Shown piece after piece: positions 12,601 to 18,038 of a stretch of DNA of 64,000 nt. The notes under the pieces were generated by a model. It saw nothing but the letters and a program-made list of their open reading frames with translations, did not search any database and was not told the DNA's origin. The stretch's first letter is position 1; each line of letters opens with the position of its first letter. A program made the position numbers and the translations under genes. This DNA comes from a virus: positions 2,599-66,598 of IMG/VR virus record IMGVR_UViG_3300042389_000994. The stretch is one strand, 5' to 3'.

Positions 12601-14226
12601 AACGCGCATTACGCGGGTAGGGTATTTAGAGAGGGTGTGTCTGATTTTTCTACCATTGATTTCTTGAATGACCCCAAGGGATTCAAGATGCTTGCTGGGG
12701 GACAGTCAACAAAAGCAAGGGTGAAGAACTCAGCGGCAATTCGTGCTATGGATGGCGACTATGTGTTGAGGTCGTATGTCAAGGACATGAACTTCTTTGC
12801 CGCATTTGGTGAGGCATTTAGGGACTTATCCAAATTGCTAAACAGCCCTCTAATAAGAAACGCGATGGATGCATTTGTTGGAGAGGATGTTAGGGAATAC
12901 TTAGGCCTTCAGCAAGGGGGGAAAGGCGGTGTGCTTGATGCGATTCTTTCTGCAAACCTAAATAGAAGCAATGAACCAGCGATTCTTGATAGCATAACTA
13001 AAGGTTATGTTTTTGCTAAACTCGGAATCAACTTTAAGGTATTCCTATACCAAACAGCAAGTTTCTTGAACTTTACCATGTTTATTGGGTACAGGAACTA
13101 CGCCCTATTTGCAGCCAAGGCATTCGGAAATCTTATGACTGGAGGGAAAAGTAATGCCTATAGGTTGTTTAAGCAAATGTATGAAAACTCCCAATATTTA
13201 AGGGATAGGGAAGACACGCAGAGCATACTTGATCTAATGGCCGGCTTTACCGCTAAAAACGCCAAAGGAGAAACAAAGTCATTGCTTGACAGGGTCACTG
13301 AAGGCAGCGTTGGGTCTATTCTAATGTTTATGCTTAGAAATGGAGATAAGGCCGGTATAGCAGGATCTATTCCGAATTATCTATACTACAAAACAGAGTA
13401 TGCCAATAGATACGGTGTAGACATTGACAGTCAAGAGGCCATAGATTACGCTATCAAAAAGATAAACAAACAAGTTAGAAAAGTAGCCCAAGACAATGAG
13501 GCTGAAAACAAGAGCCTACTTCAGTCTACCGGTGGAGCCATTGCTAAAGGGTTTTACTTATTTGCATCACAACCATTGCAGTTATTGAGGAAAGAAATTC
13601 GCTCCATAAGAAACATCTATAGGATTCTTGCCGGACTAGAAGGGGCAAAAGGTACATTGCAAGAGAACGCAAGGGTATTCGTGACGGCTCATTTTGTTTC
13701 CCCTCTAGTATTCCAATGGCTCGCACTTGGTTTGCCTGGGGTTGCAAGAAAGTGGAATGATGACGATGAGGAAGAATTAATCTTGGCGGCAATCATTGGA
13801 AACCTAAATCAATTATTCGTTTTAGGACAATTGCTTGACGCAGCAAAAGATAGAATACTAAAGAAACCTTGGGCCAATGTCCCAGAAACAGCTGTGCCAT
13901 ATAAGATAGTCACTCAACTTGCCATATTAATGGTTGACGCAATTAGCGCAAAAGACGCAGACAAAAGGCTTGATGCTCAAATAAAATTCTCAATTGCCAT
14001 CGCTGAATTGAGTGGCGTTCCAGCAAACACAATGCTTGGATTATTTAAGAATTACGAAAAGCTTTTAAAGGGAGAGGTAAGCGGATTCGGGGAGGCATTC
14101 TTGCGGATGTTTAATTTCCCAGAGCGCCAAATTACCGGACCTAAACCTAAAAAGGAGAAAAACCCATACGCCCCCAGTGCAGGTTCGTCTAGATCAAGGA
14201 AAAGTGAAAACCCATATGCACCATGA
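649..14226 (+). CDS. Giant 4525-aa polyvalent virion/ejection protein with ART-like, ParB/Srx-like, LPD23-like, three HExxH zincin, split C5-MTase, two GNAT and glycosylase-like modules
   Basis: Motifs in the translation: FHGG..IYVS..AAEYA (~3400-3790); PPIV..VIDGYNR (~4360-4460); TGWEF..KWRYEID..ELFDAYP (~4900-5140); HEVQH 5413; HELAH 6151; HEFGH 10420; FSGAG 6469, SPVC ~6655, ENV 6784, QTRKR 6901, LTPR..LGNG 8377-8472; two GxG..FYxKNGF units; WY..SP..W..KVRNFYNNI..DTH..MQSIVW (9040-9840). Confidence 0.85.
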   Translation: MANIFDDLENQDGLVVDEKELLRRKLEAQQNPFLASEQAASNMPASPLQERFDTGIVERMKIPTLKGQDVSIDEQTGLTTSIPSAVEPEKIKTEASVVSDDDLNSLDKGGKKDLTGTLDDLTKKFGKHGITFKVNADGGYETGRYERIEAIAANQTKKVIYYDAFTKSIVKSDANELKSFIKSNAIKTNYVPRNREEAETIQAYSKQGLDYALVKKNNDDMKALETSLKEANAINDLIESNARKAATSTGKVALAYKAKAKELESQFKSEYGATPQAYIDSNSQKLKSLRDVKISNLDKSINADREIQGRAKVLDEKAKGLLGESNKLLEESKKISITGLGIPLFKEDGSFNEDGFKKIAPNEANQGVINQIRHNLTLSDNYRKAAYSGKLQAMNYLSSQQNKNLQDQYVSNWEGFLNNATNSYRNAESTMLSLATSAAKWAGKEELAKLWNDRMLEQMYKPPLDVSSDQELINLIRQYGDPDDYLKSLGPDPLRAFNAAANMTVSSMLLFLPQMAAASGTGAGISGTLAALGTLATTKNPALARQAFVTGASTGSRVGAQYVAPTSLEYSTSLIDAIRKKYPTIEEARGKDWWNDKEIMDEALRIGVSRGIPITGAGAMFDLLSKKFAPLATASKARRVGQTLAVGAAISPVIEGAGEAAAQYASVGELDWKDIIDESVGSLGSSTVIPTLPYEVYSQLNKDYYINLADKMAKSPSFLGSMEESMEQIRDWTGRMKATRQITDDVERQIMGNMSAILEARKLLTSPDASNSERIYNRLFGTKSATEERLSKLLLAQKKMEETPKINRELQRRIQEEIDYTVTNKKPIDKQQAVNLTPIIGSEGAMYKIGDTLVTRDDVKEALVDKEKAKEMGLKEDFSNLSIENDQVLKDVVKQVSPKKVLFQQPGVSDTPSSGKTIVFHGGTLEGEGNIYVSPSREQAAEYAKMSMTSVMEFEVDPESMASEQEVRDAFEELGLQLPEGYNLDELFLYEALDTRLDSSLKKEDIKKLYDYLKEKGYEGISFIDEDILGKDKKGVSNYIVFTKESLKPIKRDTPKASEAASVLGNIAKSKDIFNKIGEIVANWVDGDIEIDEKTGNIKITQSLDGKKIVGVPASKLIDFLFSNAPFDTRMFPVDKEWINTVVRLRDSIIEENRAQKKKTKEKRAAKKGSIISGDEVVASAVKMGTDEGFSEFTLKRIAKEDYTEEEVSIEGLLMGDPSLKEYVDAGQLRDQSEVTAGIPPIVSSNGDVIDGYNRILQAVMDGKDSIKVLKGIPKEEPIPKRKPPMQRLMDAGVKAGISAKNMIDLYNVNRDVFGLNISQSIANAIVMDRMMGAMAKRKGVSKDEIYKSIKFQNVTEEFIKTLSEESKPLFQMVGKNAKLKAQVFAGLELAKKMRAENAVQKLRAPDDPPKYTDLDIKRSTGWEFNPVDNKWRYEIDYGKTKDISLNDNLWNSYDPSTERGIEKSLLNPPGIEVDFLNGYLSDFLDNQELFDAYPDIKDVKFKIRLAYSDSLNGVPITPDDVDKWAKEEFTGHATRGTSIRDVIAIGGEIQLNAPSLPSKWSETERIDFLKKFFSRPDTRNEILALINHEVQHLIQIEEGFIGGSSVQKKYRTIDGIKGLMRKQPRRRTFDNDQKTFIKGRTIEDALDALETWYRNNPNSTNEQALGFLYNALSGTQRSLADELQELKRIKPHAQDKIGEINDRLDVIGISQKLVLDIYQDIKPDDDLVAYFERLRGRYFGTLYKRNVIPYEVYYRVAGEAEARTAADRGRMPADMRRATLIAETTAGVSLAERLAFAYPGTLKFQGPQGAVAIGQDASAVIYAISNPNVTTPLHELAHVFEHYLTEKERKAVMNSAGTPNEWSVTTSEYFARGFERYLAEGVAPSTILKSLFEAFKSWLIEIYNGITGSDIDVELNEAMRGIYSSMLGFERPKPTIASYFSGAGTMEAAFDGDVRSGLAVEFSPDYINAYNKAFGKDYEPRDVNEVSPQEIKDLDPLLFHASPVCKNYSLAKDPSQRGTTDLDIKSAISVASAISMAKPPIVTIENVGGYKGDVPYNIIIEALEKAGYKYDANIYDVADYGGVQTRKRVLIRAIREGELPPLPDKIGPKDWYSAIEDLIPNAPDYVIGEQAKRNIDKAMGRKPDPLKDVESTAKALEAVDKGSEKVFDDIKAMFPKRGVTGGIVITDSNGTELAEVEFTQRDANSIEVENIVSREAGKGMGYGTKALQIIKDIADARGVKVYLYPEPIKLLQLKGLTKDALISFYDKNGFKYLRALGQSVYSPKSSQELSKAYHKAKKDRSNPELVKAVEDLLGAKAEPTTEKTGTKAGRAEYGKMKDSFFGGIEPNKNRLFFADATNDFQYRGDSRADIVLMLDGANFWLTEGPDGYVTIEDFQVSEDKLGTGKGKFALSKLIEYADRNGITLIGEPLAQAERGRTQKGLSQKQLIEFYKKNGFEKISKDSLSKNRTAEANYLERKPKDSAEKTQLSDYDYFWQSKLGKDIQKRINIGRIRGLKGFKVNRNQIKLYKSSLPIIVMGEGQYGPMAANSGGPSPTLVSSSAQTAFIVLPETKQLKVLTPRMMARIMDLPDTYTVPSDYKTAKEVLGNGMSGVLTRQFIMPLIFGNSVTLAKNPTLLFQQPGAKQNTFENDGTALNVDANAPVVAGANLPPTVKKATKEINAEYYAEYRASDLIKTTHSPSSALVGLIRSLSSGQVSGEGITINLPFEDKKTTNKINQLTSEYQGLGDKVADKKRKQEIIEELNDVIKKYMGEVIKKMTLNVLALYDTLTPAFIQRARNWYAGANRIANTMASKYGLSLEQTAGILAVFSPKTDWQINVSHAERLIDIIHNYSDLKVDKSFIGKVRKKIEETRSGGVLNDKDEEFLDLLSKATSYYPNGMSINEMSDIGFDESTQGLLVRAIMTEKFPKTYAETYPEGDLFRKSNRAYAESSYEFMGKAIRIYRNNSLGIIHEEIGDANKVRNFYNNIVDPFSPVPYVTGDTHAIAAAMGMPLAADDASVLKLFEGGISPMYTMLKEAYIAATEVINQNDGTNFLPREMQSIVWEAIRMGMNNLSTKEREELNEELTKNKKENPYEKTRRVLAEFKQKGIRTKNPEWGGSGFSVQVSKILRASKEETNKRTSQVVDVWRQLRGGKGGKLTTALGREFRVGLNNFYASFLASRGDVRRSLELARFLNKAFPGVSVFIDKESFSKVMKEPETKKFLNNKNDLIYGVTKNGRIYINPDAFASDTDLMETMIHEFGHIWLNYIKVNNRELYDQGIKLVMSDYPDEYRTELLLNKNNKERAAEEVLAALIGKKGRLKGEELRKGIAIAAGKKEGAIVGFSNWLNKMWEYVRKEFRSLRGLSVEEIQDITLTEFIDGALFDLFSGKPVPQSQLAFENSLVQEPQFSSSTSMYDLINQARNDGYRDAEIRRVLEVNGFAAEDINDALKVYLDVLTVMPNSFAQVPGGAFAGQKMYESLMADVQAYAKTGVKSAQVREYAQNKLKDQQLFKDSTEFQRMAMMVDLDKSINISANKAITAEMRKIRAAITGIKKGKSQMSAIQRSLIAFIKKSLPVSTYEKKDVMDLIRKIQALDLNNIEQIKREVFDYVTKFRVKNEKERLQTLLSTKLAKLESSRLKGLMSVEFQQRFSELKSNLMGESDALTNPSNVEDKIAELNVEFLDVQNQVFAQGMNELWGKMEDLQFAIQYNSTLLLDDDNPNKLLSLEELVEKVDALISAERSSFKDFLKSESERYNEMKNYLLYDISSGKYDINFNNKEEVENAIAQIQNDQLDEKKRNWFMAAINRIVSVLDLSILNTEDLDSVVDRISKVTGQLFGGISQELIGQRIDDSRDNFIALRAMAKEMISQNAERIFGKNYRDVMERNSKKSVLVEINMDTVPAKRMELSQNEMYYLYNLYKDPANHPGFKTLMGNSYPEIMDKIISQLDPQVKEWADWQVNEFYPAMYPIYNEVYKSIYRTNMPWNAHYAGRVFREGVSDFSTIDFLNDPKGFKMLAGGQSTKARVKNSAAIRAMDGDYVLRSYVKDMNFFAAFGEAFRDLSKLLNSPLIRNAMDAFVGEDVREYLGLQQGGKGGVLDAILSANLNRSNEPAILDSITKGYVFAKLGINFKVFLYQTASFLNFTMFIGYRNYALFAAKAFGNLMTGGKSNAYRLFKQMYENSQYLRDREDTQSILDLMAGFTAKNAKGETKSLLDRVTEGSVGSILMFMLRNGDKAGIAGSIPNYLYYKTEYANRYGVDIDSQEAIDYAIKKINKQVRKVAQDNEAENKSLLQSTGGAIAKGFYLFASQPLQLLRKEIRSIRNIYRILAGLEGAKGTLQENARVFVTAHFVSPLVFQWLALGLPGVARKWNDDDEEELILAAIIGNLNQLFVLGQLLDAAKDRILKKPWANVPETAVPYKIVTQLAILMVDAISAKDADKRLDAQIKFSIAIAELSGVPANTMLGLFKNYEKLLKGEVSGFGEAFLRMFNFPERQITGPKPKKEKNPYAPSAGSSRSRKSENPYAP
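3367..3383. repeat. Dispersed palindrome GTGTGTC-N-GACACAC, perfect copy (in frame, encodes GVSDTP)
   Basis: GGTGTGTC-C-GACACACC read directly. Confidence 0.95.
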
Positions 14227-15107
14227 CAAAGTTTGAAATAACGAGAAAATCAAGAAACATCCACATCATAGACTGTATCGGAAAGTCCAGAGATTTTCTG
14301 CTAATTAGTGATGTACACTGGGACAACCCTCATTGTGATAGACTGCTCTTAAAGAACCACCTTGACGAGGCGGTTAAGAGAGATGCACTCATCGTCATAA
14401 ACGGGGACCTATTCTGTTGTATGCAAGGAAAGGCCGACCCCCGAAGGGGCAAGTCAGACATACGTCCAGAGCATAATAATAACAAGTACATTGACTCAAT
14501 CATCAACACAGCGGCAGAGTGGTTTAAGCCTTACGCAAACAACATCGTCCTTATTGGATATGGCAATCACGAAACCGGCGTTTTGAAAAATGCAGAAACC
14601 GATATCATTGAGCGATTTGTTGAAAAGTTAAATACGGTAGCGAATAGCAATGTGTATGCCGGTGGATATGGAGGGACACTGCATATCAACCTATCCGAAA
14701 ATGATAGTCAAAAAAGTTACTCTTTCGTGACCCATTATTATCATGGGGCAGGAGGCGGAGGACCCGTCACGCGCGGAGTAATTTCAGACCAAAGGATGCT
14801 AGCGATGAGTGAGAACTATGATCTCATATGGCAGGGTCACGTCCACGAATTATACCATCACATCAACCCGGTCCATAGGTATGATAGAATATCAAAAAAC
14901 ATATCAATAAGGCATGTCCATCAATTAAGGACGGCCACCTATAAGGAGGAGTGGGATGAGGGGTACATTGGATTCCACGTTGAACGAGGAAGACCCCCCA
15001 AGCCATTGGGTGGATATTGGATGACCCTTAATATTAGAAGGGATAACAAAAACGACTACAATAGGTATGTTGATGCGGAATTCTTGACCTGCACACGATA
15101 CTATTAA
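14223..15107 (+). CDS. Calcineurin-like metallophosphoesterase
   Basis: SDVH, NGDL, GNHE, HG and GHVH motifs in canonical order. ATGA overlap with the upstream gene. Confidence 0.85.
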   Translation: MTKFEITRKSRNIHIIDCIGKSRDFLLISDVHWDNPHCDRLLLKNHLDEAVKRDALIVINGDLFCCMQGKADPRRGKSDIRPEHNNNKYIDSIINTAAEWFKPYANNIVLIGYGNHETGVLKNAETDIIERFVEKLNTVANSNVYAGGYGGTLHINLSENDSQKSYSFVTHYYHGAGGGGPVTRGVISDQRMLAMSENYDLIWQGHVHELYHHINPVHRYDRISKNISIRHVHQLRTATYKEEWDEGYIGFHVERGRPPKPLGGYWMTLNIRRDNKNDYNRYVDAEFLTCTRYY

Positions 15108-15123
15108 GTGTGTCGGACACACT
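15107..15123. repeat. Dispersed palindrome, perfect copy, in the gap between convergent genes
   Basis: AGTGTGTC-G-GACACACT lies between the + gene ending 15107 and the - gene ending 15128. Confidence 0.95.
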
Positions 15124-15127
15124 AAGT

Positions 15128-15424
15128 TTAAATCAACCTCCAACTCCAATCCCAACTACTTTCACTTTTGGCTTGACAAGTGAATATATTGTAAGCGGGC
15201 CTCCAACTACAAAGATGTACTACACCTGTTGGTGATTTAGCCAAAAGTTCAGTATTGTGTGGTGGTTCTTGCTCACTCACCGAAATAAAACCACTCCGCT
15301 CTTCAACAAGCCTAATGATTTCTTCTTGCTCCTTTTTAGTGAGCATCACATCACCATTCGCATCTCGCATCTGCTCAAAGCATGAGCGTAAGCTCCATTC
15401 GGTTTTGATTGTTTCGTTTTTCAT
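15128..15424 (-). CDS. Hypothetical protein (DUF551-like C-terminus)
   Basis: FISVSEQEPP...W.WR pattern. A/C-rich leader before the ATG. Confidence 0.6.
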   Translation of the reverse strand: MKNETIKTEWSLRSCFEQMRDANGDVMLTKKEQEEIIRLVEERSGFISVSEQEPPHNTELLAKSPTGVVHLCSWRPAYNIFTCQAKSESSWDWSWRLI

Positions 15425-15436
15425 AGGGTTTGGTTG

Positions 15437-15530
15437 GTAAGGTTATAGGCTGACGATGGGGGAATTTCCGAATAATTCGTAAGCCTATAGGCTGACGCCG
15501 GGGGAGGTTTGGTAAGCCTGTAGGCTGACG
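15437..15530. repeat. Three 19-bp near-palindromic repeats GTAAGCCTATAGGCTGACG
   Basis: Copies at 15437-15455, 15479-15497 and 15512-15530. Degenerate fourth copy at 15704-15718. Confidence 0.9.
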
Positions 15531-15694
15531 GATTTATCATTCATTATATGCGAGAAGGGTGCTTATTGACCGATTTATCATTCATTATACCCGAACGCGT
15601 ATAAATTTTGGGATTTTCTATACATTATACCCGATTGGGTATTAAACGTGGGTTTTTCTATGCATTATACCCGATTGGGTATTAAACGTGGGTT
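15531..15694. repeat. Four ~40-bp tandem units with core CATTATA(C/T)(C/G)CGA
   Basis: CATTATA starts at 15542, 15583, 15623 and 15663. Units 3 and 4 differ at one base. Confidence 0.9.
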
Positions 15695-15705
15695 CGTGTT
15701 TCCGA

Positions 15706-15966
15706 TTATAGGCTTAAGGTTCGGTTGGCTTCACGCTGCAATTTTTCATTAATCGCATCAACAATCCATTTGCCTAATTCGTCTTGAAAACTTGCTGCTT
15801 TATCTTCATCTATTAAACCGCCGGGGGCTTTAAATAGGTTTTGTATTGCCCCCCATCCTCTCACGTCGGCAATTTTTTGATATTTGCCGTCTTTGCTTAC
15901 ACCCCAAATGGTTTGTCCACGTTCGTCATAGGTGGCTTTTGCCCCAATAAAATCTGTTACTTTCAT
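15706..15966 (-). CDS. Hypothetical protein (~86 aa, start MKVTDF)
   Basis: ATG at 15966 overlaps the TGA of the upstream gene (ATGA coupling). Confidence 0.7.
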   Translation of the reverse strand: MKVTDFIGAKATYDERGQTIWGVSKDGKYQKIADVRGWGAIQNLFKAPGGLIDEDKAASFQDELGKWIVDAINEKLQREANRTLSL

Positions 15967-16154
15967 AGGTTTAAGGTTTGAAATAGTTTGTACGCACCAC
16001 ACGAATCGGTCAGGGTCTTTATTTGCGGTCCGAATCCGTTGCTTCGGGATAGAACATACTCGCAGGCATCCCCCTTGGCTCGGACCTCAATCACCCTCCA
16101 GGGGCGGTCGTTGGTGCAGGCGGTCAGGAGGAGAAGGAGAAACATCAGTCGCAT
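15963..16154 (-). CDS. Small lipoprotein
   Basis: MRLMFLLLLLTA-C: hydrophobic stretch plus lipobox Cys. Confidence 0.7.
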   Translation of the reverse strand: MRLMFLLLLLTACTNDRPWRVIEVRAKGDACEYVLSRSNGFGPQIKTLTDSCGAYKLFQTLNL

Positions 16155-16363
16155 GGCTCAAAATTATCCTCAAAGTACTGCTTTGCAACGAGCCATTGGT
16201 CGTCGTGGTTCTTAGGGTTTCGGGCAATCATGTCCCCAACCTTGGGGCTCCCATTATCCCTATCGACTTGCGATATTGATACGCTTTCGGGTAATTGTTC
16301 ACCTTCCTGAAAAGGCCGAAGCTCCGCAATGTGCTTTCTTCGGTATTGTTTAAATTTGTTCAT
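16145..16363 (-). CDS. Hypothetical phage protein
   Basis: Overlap-coupled ORF with GSPKVGDMIARNP..QWLVAKQYFEDNFE. Confidence 0.7.
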   Translation of the reverse strand: MNKFKQYRRKHIAELRPFQEGEQLPESVSISQVDRDNGSPKVGDMIARNPKNHDDQWLVAKQYFEDNFEPCD

Positions 16364-16461
16364 AGTGTCCAGATTAGTGTGAGCATGATTAAGATAAAGA
16401 GTGCAGTGGCTATCCCCTTGCCGATTTCAATGAGCAGGTCAATGATGTTTCCGATGTTCAT
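16360..16461 (-). CDS. 33-aa membrane peptide (not in the ORF track)
   Basis: MNIGNIIDLLIEIGKGIATALFILIMLTLIWTL*, with ATGA overlap to the next gene. Confidence 0.55.
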   Translation of the reverse strand: MNIGNIIDLLIEIGKGIATALFILIMLTLIWTL

Positions 16462-16482
16462 CTTGTTTCATTTGATTTGATT

Positions 16483-16588
16483 TGCAGTCAGGACAGGATT
16501 CGAACCTGTTACGGCTTTGCCATAAAGAGTCAGCATCACCTGTTACTCAACCTTGGGGAGGTGCTTCCAACCAATGGACTCCTGACTG
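16483..16588 (-). ncRNA. tRNA-like element or degenerate tRNA
   Basis: Acceptor-like stem (C)AGTCAGG/CCTGACT(G) and a perfect T-arm ACAGG-TTCGAAT-CCTGT. No canonical D or anticodon arm is recognisable. Confidence 0.55.
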
Positions 16589-16593
16589 TTTTT

Positions 16594-16779
16594 TTAAAAG
16601 ACTTCTCCGTCCCCTAAGTCATCGAATCCTTCTTCAACATCTTCAACCGCCGATGAAAGCAAATTTTTAGTAGCATCAGCTTCTTCGCCTGTTACTACAT
16701 TAACTGCATCTTTTACAACCGCAACTGGAGTTAAAACTGTTTTAACTGTTGCGCTCAACATGTTTGATAAAAATCCCAT
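16594..16779 (-). CDS. Hypothetical 61-aa protein
   Basis: ORF with A-rich leader, in the operon orientation. Confidence 0.65.
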   Translation of the reverse strand: MGFLSNMLSATVKTVLTPVAVVKDAVNVVTGEEADATKNLLSSAVEDVEEGFDDLGDGEVF

Positions 16780-16793
16780 ATTTTTGATTTAGT

Positions 16794-17108
16794 TTAAAGT
16801 GTGTGTAAATATACTAATCTTTTCACAAAAACACCATTCTCCATCTTGCCGGCGCGATTTTTAATGACATTGTAGGCCGATTCCAAGCAGTCCTCCAAGT
16901 CCATGCCTTGCATTTTGCACTGGATAATTAGCGTTACCATAATGTCGCCGATGGCGTCCTTGATTTCCTCCCGGTTATCGTCCAGAATGGCATTGCATAG
17001 CTCATTGACCTCCTCTTGGGTCTTCATAGCCTGCTTGATAGTCGTGGCCTTGGAGAGAATGCCTTTCTCTTCGGCCCATTGTTCTACTAGTTGGATTGTT
17101 TGTTTCAT
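16794..17108 (-). CDS. MazG-like NTP pyrophosphohydrolase
   Basis: EEVNEL...DAIGD..V motif and typical length. Confidence 0.85.
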   Translation of the reverse strand: MKQTIQLVEQWAEEKGILSKATTIKQAMKTQEEVNELCNAILDDNREEIKDAIGDIMVTLIIQCKMQGMDLEDCLESAYNVIKNRAGKMENGVFVKRLVYLHTL

Positions 17109-17128
17109 GGTTTGGTTTGGGTTATAAG

Positions 17129-17215
17129 TTAACTGCCATCTCCGTCAATGACCTCCGGGTTTACCGGCCTTGGGCATTCGCACTGCCCAGTTGATTCACA
17201 AATCTTGCATTTCAT
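17129..17215 (-). CDS. Possible 28-aa Cys-rich peptide
   Basis: MKCKICESTGQCECPRPVNPEVIDGDGS* fills the gap between two - genes. Confidence 0.35.
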   Translation of the reverse strand: MKCKICESTGQCECPRPVNPEVIDGDGS

Positions 17216-17384
17216 CTTCTAAAGAGTTTGAAAGTTGTTTTAATTCTCTCGTAAGTTTTTTTATCACCTTTTTTGACTCCTCTTTATCTTCATCAATAAA
17301 GGCTTCATATAGCTCTGCTAGCAGCCCATGCAGGGAGTTCATTGTGTGATTTACATGAATAACCCTACTGGACTCCTTTTTCAT
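17196..17384 (-). CDS. Hypothetical protein
   Basis: Overlap-coupled helical ORF. Confidence 0.65.
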   Translation of the reverse strand: MKKESSRVIHVNHTMNSLHGLLAELYEAFIDEDKEESKKVIKKLTRELKQLSNSLEDEMQDL

Positions 17385-17803
17385 GGATGTAATGGTATAA
17401 TTTTTTTTCCAGGCTCAAGAAAACTCATAGCGGCTTTTTCGGATACATATATGCCCTTTGATTTTTGTCCATCAAATATAGTGTAACAAACAACCCATTC
17501 CTTATTAGACATTTCATTGAATGACATAATCTTAGCGGATATCCTTGACATTGCGGCTATAACCCTTTTGTCATACGTCATTATTGACTCAATGGCTCTA
17601 ACCCCATATAGAACCGTGGTATGATCCGAAACAGGGAACACGCGAACTATTTCATGGTAGGTCATACTTGTGAACTTCCTTGCCATATACATAGCCACTT
17701 GCCTTCCCTCAACGTATTTCCTTTTGCTATACCCTTTTTGGGTTAGGGATTCAACTGGGATATCAAGTTCTTGAGCAACGGTGTCAAGAATCATCTCAAT
17801 CAT
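17381..17803 (-). CDS. DnaA domain IV-like helix-turn-helix protein
   Basis: RQVAMYMARKFTSMTYHEI..F..SDHTTVLYGV matches the DnaA C-terminal signature RQIAMYL..DHTTVLHA. Start placed at ATG 17803. Confidence 0.75.
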   Translation of the reverse strand: MIEMILDTVAQELDIPVESLTQKGYSKRKYVEGRQVAMYMARKFTSMTYHEIVRVFPVSDHTTVLYGVRAIESIMTYDKRVIAAMSRISAKIMSFNEMSNKEWVVCYTIFDGQKSKGIYVSEKAAMSFLEPGKKIIPLHP

Positions 17804-18038
17804 TTCGGTAGATTTCGGTTTTAATTCCATGTTCTTCGAGTTCTTTAATTCTATACTTTTGGATTTCTGATAGTCTGCCTTTTGGCGTTTTGATTTCACT
17901 AAATAGCACATTGGAGTCACGAGGTATGGCTATGAGATCAGGAATGCCATTCTTGTTGGTCTTCATCAACTTGATGACATAGTATCCCTCTGCCTCTAAC
18001 TGCTTAATGCGTTTGGTCTGTATTTGTTGCTCCTTCAT
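17796..18038 (-). CDS. VRR-NUC / PD-(D/E)xK nuclease
   Basis: E..IQ...GIPDL...FSEIKTPKGRLSEIQ. Confidence 0.8.
   Translation of the reverse strand: MKEQQIQTKRIKQLEAEGYYVIKLMKTNKNGIPDLIAIPRDSNVLFSEIKTPKGRLSEIQKYRIKELEEHGIKTEIYRND

Noticed and set aside
649-14226. Virion RNA polymerase (crAss/N4-like), with the dispersed palindromes as its hairpin promoters
   Set aside because: I found no DxDxD-type or single-subunit polymerase motif, and most palindromes are not upstream of gene starts.
1-15100. Apparent scarcity of TCGA (restriction-site avoidance)
   Set aside because: An impression only. It needs an observed/expected k-mer count that I cannot do reliably by eye.
15450-15480. Second hammerhead (CTGACGA on the + strand)
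   Set aside because: No GAAA after a clean stem II, and no stems I or III.
15437-15694. CRISPR array
   Set aside because: Repeats are short or graded, spacers are 14-23 nt or near-identical, and there is no cas gene in the window.
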